Shown one piece after another: positions 7,916 through 15,960 of a DNA stretch of 32,000 nucleotides. The stretch is taken from contig JAUSKK010000020.1 in the NCBI GenBank assembly GCA_030649345.1, positions 2,010 to 34,009 on the forward strand. The letters run 5' to 3'. The notes below the pieces were generated by a model. That model ran no database searches. It saw only the letters and a program-made list of their open reading frames with translations, and had not been told where the DNA came from. This stretch comes from Candidatus Iainarchaeum sp. (GTDB lineage Archaea > Iainarchaeota > Iainarchaeia > Iainarchaeales > 0-14-0-20-34-12). A program made the position numbers and the translations under genes. The number at the start of each line of letters is the position of its first letter. Position 1 is the stretch's first letter.

Positions 7916-8260
7916 ATGAATACAGTACGAAAACTCATAAATCAAGGAAAACAAAGATTTCACAAAATAAAAGAAACTGGAAAAACACGAATTAAAACAG
8001 CTTTAGTGAATCGAAGAGAACGAATCCAGTACAAGTCAGTTAAAGACTTATTCGATTATGTTTTGCGGGAAAAACCAAAACCAATTTCTTTGATTTTGGC
8101 TTTTGGAAGAATGAACGAAGAAATTAAACGAAGAAGGCCTGGAGAAACAGAATGTGCACGATTGCAATATCAAGCCAATAAATGGAGCAAACACAAAATT
8201 CCAAGAGTGGCCAGAGCAGCCCAAGAATTATTGGAAACTTTAAGAAACATTAAACAATAA
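7916..8260 (+). CDS. Hypothetical small basic protein
   Basis: 114-aa K/R-rich ORF with a TATA about 26 nt upstream. I recognised no motif. Confidence 0.5.
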   Translation: MNTVRKLINQGKQRFHKIKETGKTRIKTALVNRRERIQYKSVKDLFDYVLREKPKPISLILAFGRMNEEIKRRRPGETECARLQYQANKWSKHKIPRVARAAQELLETLRNIKQ

Positions 8261-8277
8261 AACTACTATTCGAACTA

Positions 8278-9270
8278 TTGATCCATATGCCCAGACGACC
8301 CAAGACACCGTATCGAATTGTTACGCCTGTTGCAGTAGCGCGAATTGGTGTACTTCGAAGCCAAGGAAAAACATTGAACGAAATTGGAGAATACATTCAT
8401 CGAAGATATGGAATCAGTCCAGCAACTGCACAAGGATATGCTTCCAAGTATTTTGCAAAAATGCAAAAAAATTCATCTGCTTGGAAAAAAAGATTTAAAC
8501 AATTTAAAACAACGGCTACTTTGACACCTGAACAAAGATCCGAAGTTGCACAAACAAGATATGCTGGATTTTCAAAAGCAGAAAAAGACAGACGTGCGAA
8601 AAAAATTTCTAAAACACACAAAAGACGTTTCGAAAAAATGCCGGCCAGTGAGCGAGGAAAAAACTTGAGAGCTAGTTGGATTGGAAAAACAGATGCTGAA
8701 ATAGAAAGATGGAAGGAAAGGATTAGTCGAACACGCAAAGAAAAATGGAAACAAATGTCACCTCAAGAACGAGCAGCACGCATGGCTCAAAGTTTAGGAA
8801 AAATGACACGCACAGAACGAATAGAAAATGCACGAAAAGCTGGAACAATTAGTATGAGAAAAAAATCACGGCAAGAAAGATTTACACAAGCTCAAAAAGC
8901 AAGCCAAGCAGCCCGCAGTCAACGTTTACAAAGATTGGGATTAACGCATGTACCCAATTTGCCAATTTTAGATTTAGTTACAGTACGCGAACGAAACAAA
9001 CTATGGGAAACCAAAAAAGAACTTGTGCGCAGTATAGTCCAAAAGTTTCGTGGACACACTCGATGGGAACGAGATGTAAAAAATGAATACTCTGAAGAAT
9101 TAATTGCAATAGGAAACATAGCTGCATTAACAGCTATTCGTAAATGGGATAAACAAAGTGATTTAAACCAGCTAATACAAGACCAAATTCGATTTGAGTT
9201 ACTACAGTTTTTATCCAAAGAAAAAGGTAAACGAATAGTGGAAACTAGAACACGAATTCCTGAAAAATAA
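8278..9270 (+). CDS. Basic DNA-binding-type protein: N-terminal HTH, about 7 NUMOD3-like repeats, C-terminal sigma-70 region-2-like segment
   Basis: The start is TTG 8278 or ATG 8287. HTH-like segment RSQGKTLNEIGEYIHRRYGISPATAQGY. Repeats follow the pattern [ST]xxE[RK]x8-12K (TPEQRSEV, SKAEKDRR, PASERGKN, TDAEIERW, SPQERAAR, TRTERIEN, SRQERFTQ). C-terminus reads ELVRSIVQKFRG...EELIAIGNIAALTAIRKWD. G+C is visibly higher than in the flanking genes. Confidence 0.6.
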   Translation: MIHMPRRPKTPYRIVTPVAVARIGVLRSQGKTLNEIGEYIHRRYGISPATAQGYASKYFAKMQKNSSAWKKRFKQFKTTATLTPEQRSEVAQTRYAGFSKAEKDRRAKKISKTHKRRFEKMPASERGKNLRASWIGKTDAEIERWKERISRTRKEKWKQMSPQERAARMAQSLGKMTRTERIENARKAGTISMRKKSRQERFTQAQKASQAARSQRLQRLGLTHVPNLPILDLVTVRERNKLWETKKELVRSIVQKFRGHTRWERDVKNEYSEELIAIGNIAALTAIRKWDKQSDLNQLIQDQIRFELLQFLSKEKGKRIVETRTRIPEK

Positions 9271-9317
9271 ACGTAAAAGTTCTATTTTAAAACATTAAGC
9301 ACGCAAAAATAATAATT

Positions 9318-10214
9318 ATGAAACAAAACACAACACAAGTAAACCAAAATAGAACATTGGTCAATCGAGGCTTAGCTCAAATGCTGAAAGGCGGAGTCAT
9401 TATGGATGTAGTGAATGCAGAGCAAGCTAAGATTGCGGAAAAGGCTGGAGCCTGTGCAGTTATGGCTTTAGAACGAGTGCCAGCCGACATTCGAGCAGAC
9501 GGAGGAGTAGCTAGAATGGCTAACCCTAAAATCATTAAGCAAGTCATGAAAGCAGTTAGTATTCCAGTCATGGCTAAAGCACGCATTGGGCATTTTGTGG
9601 AAGCCCAAATACTCGAAGCATTGGGAGTAGACTTTATTGATGAAAGTGAAGTATTGACTCCAGCCGACGAACAATTTCACATCAATAAATGGAATTTTAA
9701 AACACCGTTTGTATGCGGAGCCACCAATTTAGGAGAAGCCTTACGCAGAATCAATGAAGGAGCTTCTATGATTCGAACCAAAGGAGAAGCAGGCACAGGA
9801 AATGTGGTTGAAGCTGTACGGCATATTCGAAGCATTACTGGAAAAATTCAGGAATTAAAACAAAAAGGAAAAAAATCATGGAAAACTTTTTCAATCCAAG
9901 AACGCGTGCCTATAAAATTGGTTAAAGAAATTGTGCAAAAACAAAAATTACCTGTTGTCAATTTTGCAGCCGGTGGAATTGCAACGCCAGCTGACGCAGC
10001 ATTGCTCATGCAATTGGGAACAGAAGGAGTTTTTGTTGGTTCTGGAATATTTAAATCCAAGCAGCCTGAAAAAACAGCTCAAGCCATAGTTGAAGCAACA
10101 GTGCATTTTAAAGACTTCAAAAAAATAGCTCAAGCTTCTGAAAAAACAGGAACAGCCATGAAAGGAAATGAACTCAACAAATTAGAATACCGGTTTGCCA
10201 AACGAGGCTGGTAA
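9318..10214 (+). CDS. pdxS: Pyridoxal 5'-phosphate synthase, lyase subunit PdxS
   Basis: [74 protein letters not shown] and [14 protein letters not shown]. Confidence 0.95.
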   Translation: MKQNTTQVNQNRTLVNRGLAQMLKGGVIMDVVNAEQAKIAEKAGACAVMALERVPADIRADGGVARMANPKIIKQVMKAVSIPVMAKARIGHFVEAQILEALGVDFIDESEVLTPADEQFHINKWNFKTPFVCGATNLGEALRRINEGASMIRTKGEAGTGNVVEAVRHIRSITGKIQELKQKGKKSWKTFSIQERVPIKLVKEIVQKQKLPVVNFAAGGIATPADAALLMQLGTEGVFVGSGIFKSKQPEKTAQAIVEATVHFKDFKKIAQASEKTGTAMKGNELNKLEYRFAKRGW

Positions 10215-10217
10215 TTT

Positions 10218-10802
10218 TTGAAATCAACCATTGTTGGAATTTTAGCCGTACAAGGAGATTTTGCAGAACATGCACTTATTTTAAAAAAATTAAACGCAAT
10301 CCCTAAAGAAATACGAACATTAAACGATTTGGAAAACATTCATGGATTAATTATTCCAGGTGGAGAAAGTACCAGTATTGGAAAACAAATTAAAAAAAAT
10401 GGATTGGAAAAAAAAATTAAAGAATTGGGAAAAAACGGACTGCCCATTATGGGAACCTGTGCAGGAGCTATTCTGCTGGCAGACAAAGTTATTGGAAAAT
10501 GTGAAATCAAATTGAACTTAATTCATGCAACCTTGGAACGAAATGCGTATGGAGGACAAAACAATTCATTTGAAAGCAGTGTAAATACATCTTTTGGAAA
10601 AATACAGGCAGCATTTATTCGTGCTCCAAAAATCAAAAAAATTGGAAACCAAGGAAAAATTCTAGGAAAAATTGGAAACGAAATTGTCTTGGCTGAAGAA
10701 AAAAACATACTCATTGCCAGTTTTCATCCGGAAATTTCAGGCGATCCAAAACTACACCAATATTTTTTAGAAAAAATAAAAAGACACCAGGCAGGATGTT
10801 GA
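10218..10802 (+). CDS. pdxT: Pyridoxal 5'-phosphate synthase, glutaminase subunit PdxT
   Basis: Lies immediately after pdxS. Motifs: GILAVQGDFAEH, IIPGGESTSIGK, GTCAGAILLA, ASFHPE. TTG start. Confidence 0.9.
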   Translation: MKSTIVGILAVQGDFAEHALILKKLNAIPKEIRTLNDLENIHGLIIPGGESTSIGKQIKKNGLEKKIKELGKNGLPIMGTCAGAILLADKVIGKCEIKLNLIHATLERNAYGGQNNSFESSVNTSFGKIQAAFIRAPKIKKIGNQGKILGKIGNEIVLAEEKNILIASFHPEISGDPKLHQYFLEKIKRHQAGC

Positions 10803-10901
10803 ATACTATTAAATGAAACATACAAAAATCAAATATATTCTTTTATTGGTTCAACACCCTGCGGTTGCTTTTTAAATAAGTTCTTTCCACTAATTCTTTA
10901 A

Positions 10902-12026
10902 ATGCCTGCAATCAAAATCACCAGCTCTATCGAAGAAGTCAAAGGATCCACTCCTGATTTTAGCAATGAACGCAGAGCTTTCTGCGTAGCTTTACAAGAT
11001 AATGGTGAATTAATTCGATTGGAAAATGATTCACCTGCTTCATTCACTGAAGCTATTGGCAAATCCAGTATTGCTTGGATTGATTATTGGGCAGATAATT
11101 TAGACAAAGAAATTTTTCCAATTGCTGAATCTTTAGGATTCAGTTCAGGAGTTGTTACAACCTTAATGGCCAACAAATTAGCAGGCTATGAAGACTTTGA
11201 CACTGAATTGGGATTAATATTGCCAGCCGTAAACGTAAAAGGATTGGATGTACAAGTCAGTCCTTTGGTTATTTTAATTCGAAAAAATTTAATTGTAACC
11301 CTGCATGGAAGAGAACTCAAACGCTTTATTATTTTTCGAAGATATGCTGCAACATTTATTAAAAAATTACCAGCCCATGCATTGCCCAACGATCGCTTAA
11401 CCATTATTTTGTCACGAATTATTGATGAAAGCAATAAACGAAACTTTGATCACTTAAGAGAAATTGAAGACCAAGGAGACAAAATCAGCAAACAATTATT
11501 GGAAACATCCATGCCGGCTTCCAAAACAGCACCCAAGATCTACAAAATGAAACATGCCTTAATCACTTATTTGAATATATTGTGGGCTAGTTTGGATGTC
11601 ATTAATAATTTACGATACGGAGATGCAGAATTATTAACAGACGATGAACCTATTTTAGCACGCGTTGGATTATTGGGGCAAGATGTACGCAGTCAAATTG
11701 GGTTAGCTGAACACATGTCTGAAGTCTTGGCTTCAGGATTGGAAGTACTCACCCAAGTTTACAACAATCAACTGCAAACCTTAAACAATCGATTGGCATT
11801 GGCTGTAGCATATATGACCATTATTGGAACCGCAGTATTGGTCCCCAACACTCTGGCAACCATTTTATCCAATTCAGTGTTTAATTTAACTCCAGCTGAC
11901 CAAGGATGGTTTATAGCCTTAATGATTGGATCTACCGTGATTTCAGTTATTGCAGTATATTGGTGGATTCGCAAACAACAATGGCTGCACAGTGAAATTA
12001 AAGAAGAAAAAACAAAAAACACATAG
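10902..12026 (+). CDS. CorA-superfamily divalent-cation transporter-like protein without the canonical GMN motif
   Basis: A roughly 300-aa soluble N-terminal domain is followed by two C-terminal TM helices with CorA topology. The loop reads ILSNSVFNLTPAD where CorA has YGMNFxxMPEL. TATA TTTTAAATAA sits about 27 nt upstream of the ATG. Confidence 0.55.
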   Translation: MPAIKITSSIEEVKGSTPDFSNERRAFCVALQDNGELIRLENDSPASFTEAIGKSSIAWIDYWADNLDKEIFPIAESLGFSSGVVTTLMANKLAGYEDFDTELGLILPAVNVKGLDVQVSPLVILIRKNLIVTLHGRELKRFIIFRRYAATFIKKLPAHALPNDRLTIILSRIIDESNKRNFDHLREIEDQGDKISKQLLETSMPASKTAPKIYKMKHALITYLNILWASLDVINNLRYGDAELLTDDEPILARVGLLGQDVRSQIGLAEHMSEVLASGLEVLTQVYNNQLQTLNNRLALAVAYMTIIGTAVLVPNTLATILSNSVFNLTPADQGWFIALMIGSTVISVIAVYWWIRKQQWLHSEIKEEKTKNT

Positions 12027-12066
12027 CATTCGAAAAGGTTTTAAATCAAAAAACACTAATATCTAA

Positions 12067-13452
12067 ATGAATTCAAAAAATGTTTTGCTAATTTTAGGAA
12101 TTTTTCTAATTTTAACCATTGGATGCGTAAATATAACCCCTCCAGGAACAACTACAACAGCGGATCAAAACAACCCAATCAATGATCAAAATAATCCAAT
12201 TACAGACAGCAATACCCCAGATGGAAACGAACCTGAAACCAGTGGAAGTATTATTGACCAAATTATAGGAAACCGAGATCAAAATAATCCAACGGATCAA
12301 AACAATCCAGCAGTGGAAAAAACATTTGACGAAAAATTAGCAGATTGTAAAGCACTTATTGGAGAAGAACAAGGAAATTGTTTAAAAAGTTTAGCAGTTG
12401 CAGAAGAAAAACCAGAAGTATGTACAGAAATTGAAGAAAATGGAATTCGAGATAATTGTGTAAATGCAATTGCCTTGAAAAAAAGTGAAATTCAATTATG
12501 CACAACCATAACTCAAGCTACCTTAAAAGACAGCTGTATTAAAAGCATTATTTTTACAACTCAAGCATGGGGTCAATGCAGTACATTAAGTTCAGAGGAA
12601 AACAAACTCAGTTGTTTCAAAAAAGCCTCACTAGAAACACAAGATTCACAATATTGTACAGGAATGAATACAGACAGTGAAGCTAATTTATGTTATAAAA
12701 ATTACGGAAAAACAGTTACTGAATGTAACCAAATAACTGCAGAGGCAGATAAAGCAAGCTGTACTCAAAGAGTTATTTTAGAACACCCAACTATAGAAAA
12801 TTGTACCACAGTTTCAGATGCTAACCAACAAGAAGACTGCTTAAGCAGAGCAGCTGTAAGCTTGCAAGACTTTAGTATTTGCAGAGGATTGACAATAGAA
12901 ACAAAAGAACGCACGTGTTACGCGAATACAGTGAATGGATTAACAGAAAGTTCACAAGAAAGTACTTGTGATTCTATTCGATTGGCAGATTACAAAAGCG
13001 ATTGCTACAATAAAGTTGCATTAAACTTAAAAGCGCCGGATACCTGCACTAAAATTTCAGACACCAATCAAAGAGAAACATGTTACAAAGATATTGCATT
13101 GACCACATTAGATTACAACATTTGTAAAAAAGTAACCAGTTATGTGATCATGCAAAGACAATGCTTTATTGATATTGGAGTGCAGGGAAAAATTACAGAA
13201 TCATGCGACTTGGTTGATGATGTTGTAAAATACTTGCAATGCTTTACAGATTCAGCATTGGCATTAGATGATATTACTACATGCAATAAAATTGAAACCT
13301 ATCAGCTGGTTGGAGCCTACAGCAGCTATCCTTTACGATCATTGTGCATGAAAAACTTTGCTTTAGAAAAAAACAATCGAAGTCTGTGTACGCAAATTGT
13401 AAGCACACCTGTAAAGACAGCATGTCAAGCAGGAAATGCAAACTTTAAATGA
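12067..13452 (+). CDS. Predicted lipoprotein with DQNNP low-complexity linker and about 13 tandem C-x11-C-x13 repeats
   Basis: Signal peptide with lipobox (LTIGCVN), then P/N/Q/D-rich linker repeats, then roughly 28 Cys at alternating spacings of about 11 and 13 residues. Confidence 0.7.
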   Translation: MNSKNVLLILGIFLILTIGCVNITPPGTTTTADQNNPINDQNNPITDSNTPDGNEPETSGSIIDQIIGNRDQNNPTDQNNPAVEKTFDEKLADCKALIGEEQGNCLKSLAVAEEKPEVCTEIEENGIRDNCVNAIALKKSEIQLCTTITQATLKDSCIKSIIFTTQAWGQCSTLSSEENKLSCFKKASLETQDSQYCTGMNTDSEANLCYKNYGKTVTECNQITAEADKASCTQRVILEHPTIENCTTVSDANQQEDCLSRAAVSLQDFSICRGLTIETKERTCYANTVNGLTESSQESTCDSIRLADYKSDCYNKVALNLKAPDTCTKISDTNQRETCYKDIALTTLDYNICKKVTSYVIMQRQCFIDIGVQGKITESCDLVDDVVKYLQCFTDSALALDDITTCNKIETYQLVGAYSSYPLRSLCMKNFALEKNNRSLCTQIVSTPVKTACQAGNANFK

Positions 13453-13528
13453 TTATAAAATTCAAAAAAAGTTATAATTTTTAAAATTCTTCTAGGAATT
13501 TTAAATAATTAAAAAAAATAAGAAAGGG

Positions 13529-13642
13529 CTAGGTTGCTTCAAACAAATCGAATTCTTCTAAAACATTTTCTAACTCGATTAGTTTTCGTACAATCCTATC
13601 CCGTTTAATTTCAGTTCTCTGAGACAACTCCTTGCTCTTCAT
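13529..13642 (-). CDS. Possible 37-aa small protein (MKSKELSQRTEIKRDRIVRKLIELENVLEEFDLFEAT)
   Basis: Not in the ORF track because it is under 60 aa. An ATG lies 21 nt downstream of TTTATAAA, matching the leaderless promoter geometry seen elsewhere. The peptide is charged and predicted helical. There is no other support. Confidence 0.25.
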   Translation of the reverse strand: MKSKELSQRTEIKRDRIVRKLIELENVLEEFDLFEAT

Positions 13643-13753
13643 ATCGAAAAAAGAACCTAAAAGTTTATAAAGCAACTGGTTTTCAGAAAAAATACTGACA
13701 TTTAGACGAAAATATAGTTCAAATCCGGAAAAAAAAGTAAGTCTAAATAAGAT

Positions 13754-14374
13754 TTATAGATTTTCCAAAAAAGATTTGCAAAAATTGACTTTATGATTAA
13801 ACTTGTCAGGATTCAAAATTAACAACTGACTGCCTAAAACATCCGCCCAAGTTAAAAGACACAATTCTGGAAAAAAAGATTTTAAATCAGCACGAATTTC
13901 TTTGAATTTTGCATCAAAGTTTGAACCACTTAATTCCAGCAACTCATGAATTTTCCCATGCTGTCGAATCAATTCAGCAATCCAAGCTTGTTCTTTTACA
14001 GTTAAATCAAAGCGTTTCAAAACAGGTTGAACTACAAGATAACCTTGTTCTTCATGTCCAGGAAATTTAGAAATACTTCCAGTTTGAACCAAAGTATCTT
14101 TTTTTCCAATATCATGAAACAAGGCAGCTAACAAAAGAAGCTCTTTTTTAGAATGTGTTTCAACCAAAGAAGAAAAAGAAGATTCAAGAAAGTTTTGATT
14201 CAGCAAAAGAGTCTGCATGGATTGAAAAGTCACAATACAATGATGAAATACTGAATCAAAAAAATGACTTTCATTGTTTTCAATAATAGATTGAAGAACG
14301 TACAATTCAGGAAGGGATTGCTCAAATTTCCCGGCCAGCAAATTAGATGCTGAAAAATCAGAAATCTTTAGCAT
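13754..14374 (-). CDS. HD-domain phosphohydrolase
   Basis: LAALFHDIGK (HD motif) plus a downstream GHEEQG. It starts 3 nt after the nadE stop, so the two are probably co-transcribed. Confidence 0.7.
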   Translation of the reverse strand: MLKISDFSASNLLAGKFEQSLPELYVLQSIIENNESHFFDSVFHHCIVTFQSMQTLLLNQNFLESSFSSLVETHSKKELLLLAALFHDIGKKDTLVQTGSISKFPGHEEQGYLVVQPVLKRFDLTVKEQAWIAELIRQHGKIHELLELSGSNFDAKFKEIRADLKSFFPELCLLTWADVLGSQLLILNPDKFNHKVNFCKSFLENL

Positions 14375-14376
14375 AA

Positions 14377-15159
14377 TTACCAGTTTAAAGCCGGAGGCAA
14401 TTGCTTGCGCTTAAATTTACTTTTTTCAACCCAGCGAACAACTTTTTCCACATCTTTTTTCTTAAATCCTTTTTTTACAATTTGATTTACTGTTTTGTTT
14501 TGATCAAAATACAATTTCAAAATAGAGTCCAGTAAAGGATACGGCAACAAGTCTGCTTCATCGCTTTGATTTTTGCGCAATTCAGCAGTAGGCAATTTTT
14601 GAAAAACAGAAAAAGGAATACCTGAACCGAATTTTAAATTATACTGAGCAGAAATTTCGTACACTTGAGTTTTATACAAATTAGCTAAAACAGCCAAGCC
14701 GCCGCAAGAATCTCCGTACAAAGTAAAATACCCAGTTAAAGCTTCGGATTTATTTCCAGTATTTAATACTAAAGCATGGTATTTGTTGGAGTAAGACATT
14801 AAAATATTTCCACGAATCCGTGCCTGCAAATTTTCTTCAGCCAAAGAAAACTCGGAACTCAAAAAATCAATTTCCCGCAAATACGATTTCAACAAACGAT
14901 GAATGGAATATGTTTTGTAAGCAATTCCTAAATTTTTGCAAATTTCTTTAGCATCCTTCATATTTTCAGGATTCGTAAAAGGACTCGGCAATAAAAGAAC
15001 AGTAACGTTTTTTTTACCCAAAGCTTGAACTGCCAAAGAACAGGTTAGAGCAGAATCAATGCCTCCGCTTAAACCAATCACTGCTTTTTTAAAACCATTT
15101 TGGCGAGCATACGACCGAATGCCTGAAATCATTAAATGCAAGACTTGAGAAGAATTCAT
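14377..15159 (-). CDS. nadE: NH3-dependent NAD+ synthetase
   Basis: PP-loop GLSGGIDSA, 260 aa, and NadE-like blocks (NTGNKSE, GYFTLYGD). Confidence 0.9.
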   Translation of the reverse strand: MNSSQVLHLMISGIRSYARQNGFKKAVIGLSGGIDSALTCSLAVQALGKKNVTVLLLPSPFTNPENMKDAKEICKNLGIAYKTYSIHRLLKSYLREIDFLSSEFSLAEENLQARIRGNILMSYSNKYHALVLNTGNKSEALTGYFTLYGDSCGGLAVLANLYKTQVYEISAQYNLKFGSGIPFSVFQKLPTAELRKNQSDEADLLPYPLLDSILKLYFDQNKTVNQIVKKGFKKKDVEKVVRWVEKSKFKRKQLPPALNW

Positions 15160-15180
15160 AGTAAATTTGAGAACAAAATT

Positions 15181-15190
15181 GTATTAATAG
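15181..15190. promoter_or_regulatory. Central shared TATA element of the divergent pair nadE / nucS
   Basis: GTATTAATAG is centred at 15185.5, midway between ATG 15159 (-) and ATG 15211 (+). Confidence 0.4.
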
Positions 15191-15204
15191 TTACTGTACA
15201 GTAA
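15191..15204. promoter_or_regulatory. Perfect 14-bp palindrome TTACTGTACAGTAA between the TATA box and the nucS start
   Basis: The sequence is its own reverse complement. Its position between the TATA and the TSS is typical of archaeal repressor operators. Confidence 0.35.
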
Positions 15205-15210
15205 ATGATA

Positions 15211-15960
15211 ATGGAATTGGAGCAAGCAAAACAAAGATTAGCGGAAAGCGTAAGCAGAAAGGAAATGAGCATGATTATTGGCACGTGCTATGTTGAATAC
15301 TGGGGAAGGGCAGCCAGCAAGTTAGCGAAAGGCAAACGAATGGTTTTAATCAAAGGAGATCATAGTGTCAGCATTCACCAAAACAAACTGGTAAGGCCAG
15401 TTAATTACATGATGAATGCAGATATTTATTGCGAAATTGAAAACGAAACCTTAATTTTGCATGCGAATAAAAAAAAACCAAAAGAAACACTCAAAATTAT
15501 TTTTTACAAAATAGATGGATTGCATGCGTATGAAATTGAAGAAAATGCAGATTTGCGATTGTTTGGAAGTGAACGAGAATTGTCCAAAGAATTGATGCAA
15601 GATTTAAGCTTTATTGAACCTGGATTAAAACCAGTGAATCAAGAAATTCCATTTAGAAAAGGAATTGTGGATATTTTAGCCGAAGACCAAGAAGGAAATT
15701 TAGTGGTTATTGAAGTCAAACGAAGAAAAGCAGACTTCAATAGTGTAACGCAATTGGAAAGATATATGAAACAAGTTGAAAAAATTAAAGGAAAGAAAAC
15801 TCGAGGAATGTTATTGGCACCCAGTATTCAAAAAAGTGCTTTAGAATTATTGGAACAAGCAGGTTTAGAATTTGCCAAATTTGAATTTGAAATCGGAAAT
15901 CCGAAAGCAACCATTAAAGGAATTCAAAAAAAACAAAAATTATTAAATGAATTTTTTTAA
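15211..15960 (+). CDS. nucS: NucS / EndoMS mismatch-specific endonuclease
   Basis: C-terminal RecB-like nuclease block GIVDILAEDQEGNLVVIEVKRRKA...QLERYM. ATG 15211 is preferred from the TATA spacing; ATG 15205 (the ORF-track start) is equally possible. Confidence 0.85.
   Translation: MELEQAKQRLAESVSRKEMSMIIGTCYVEYWGRAASKLAKGKRMVLIKGDHSVSIHQNKLVRPVNYMMNADIYCEIENETLILHANKKKPKETLKIIFYKIDGLHAYEIEENADLRLFGSERELSKELMQDLSFIEPGLKPVNQEIPFRKGIVDILAEDQEGNLVVIEVKRRKADFNSVTQLERYMKQVEKIKGKKTRGMLLAPSIQKSALELLEQAGLEFAKFEFEIGNPKATIKGIQKKQKLLNEFF

Noticed and set aside
7865-7963. N-terminal 33-codon extension of the dCTP deaminase ORF (MKSLFSLIYEFSYC...).
   Set aside because: The Dcd homology begins at MTVLSDRDI (ATG 7864). 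The extension would cover the shared TATA box and overlap the divergent gene that starts at 7916.
12160-12310. Tandem DNA repeats (GATCAAAA(C/T)AA(C/T)CCA...).
   Set aside because: They are in frame and encode the DQNNP linker of the lipoprotein. This is coding low complexity, not a non-coding repeat element.
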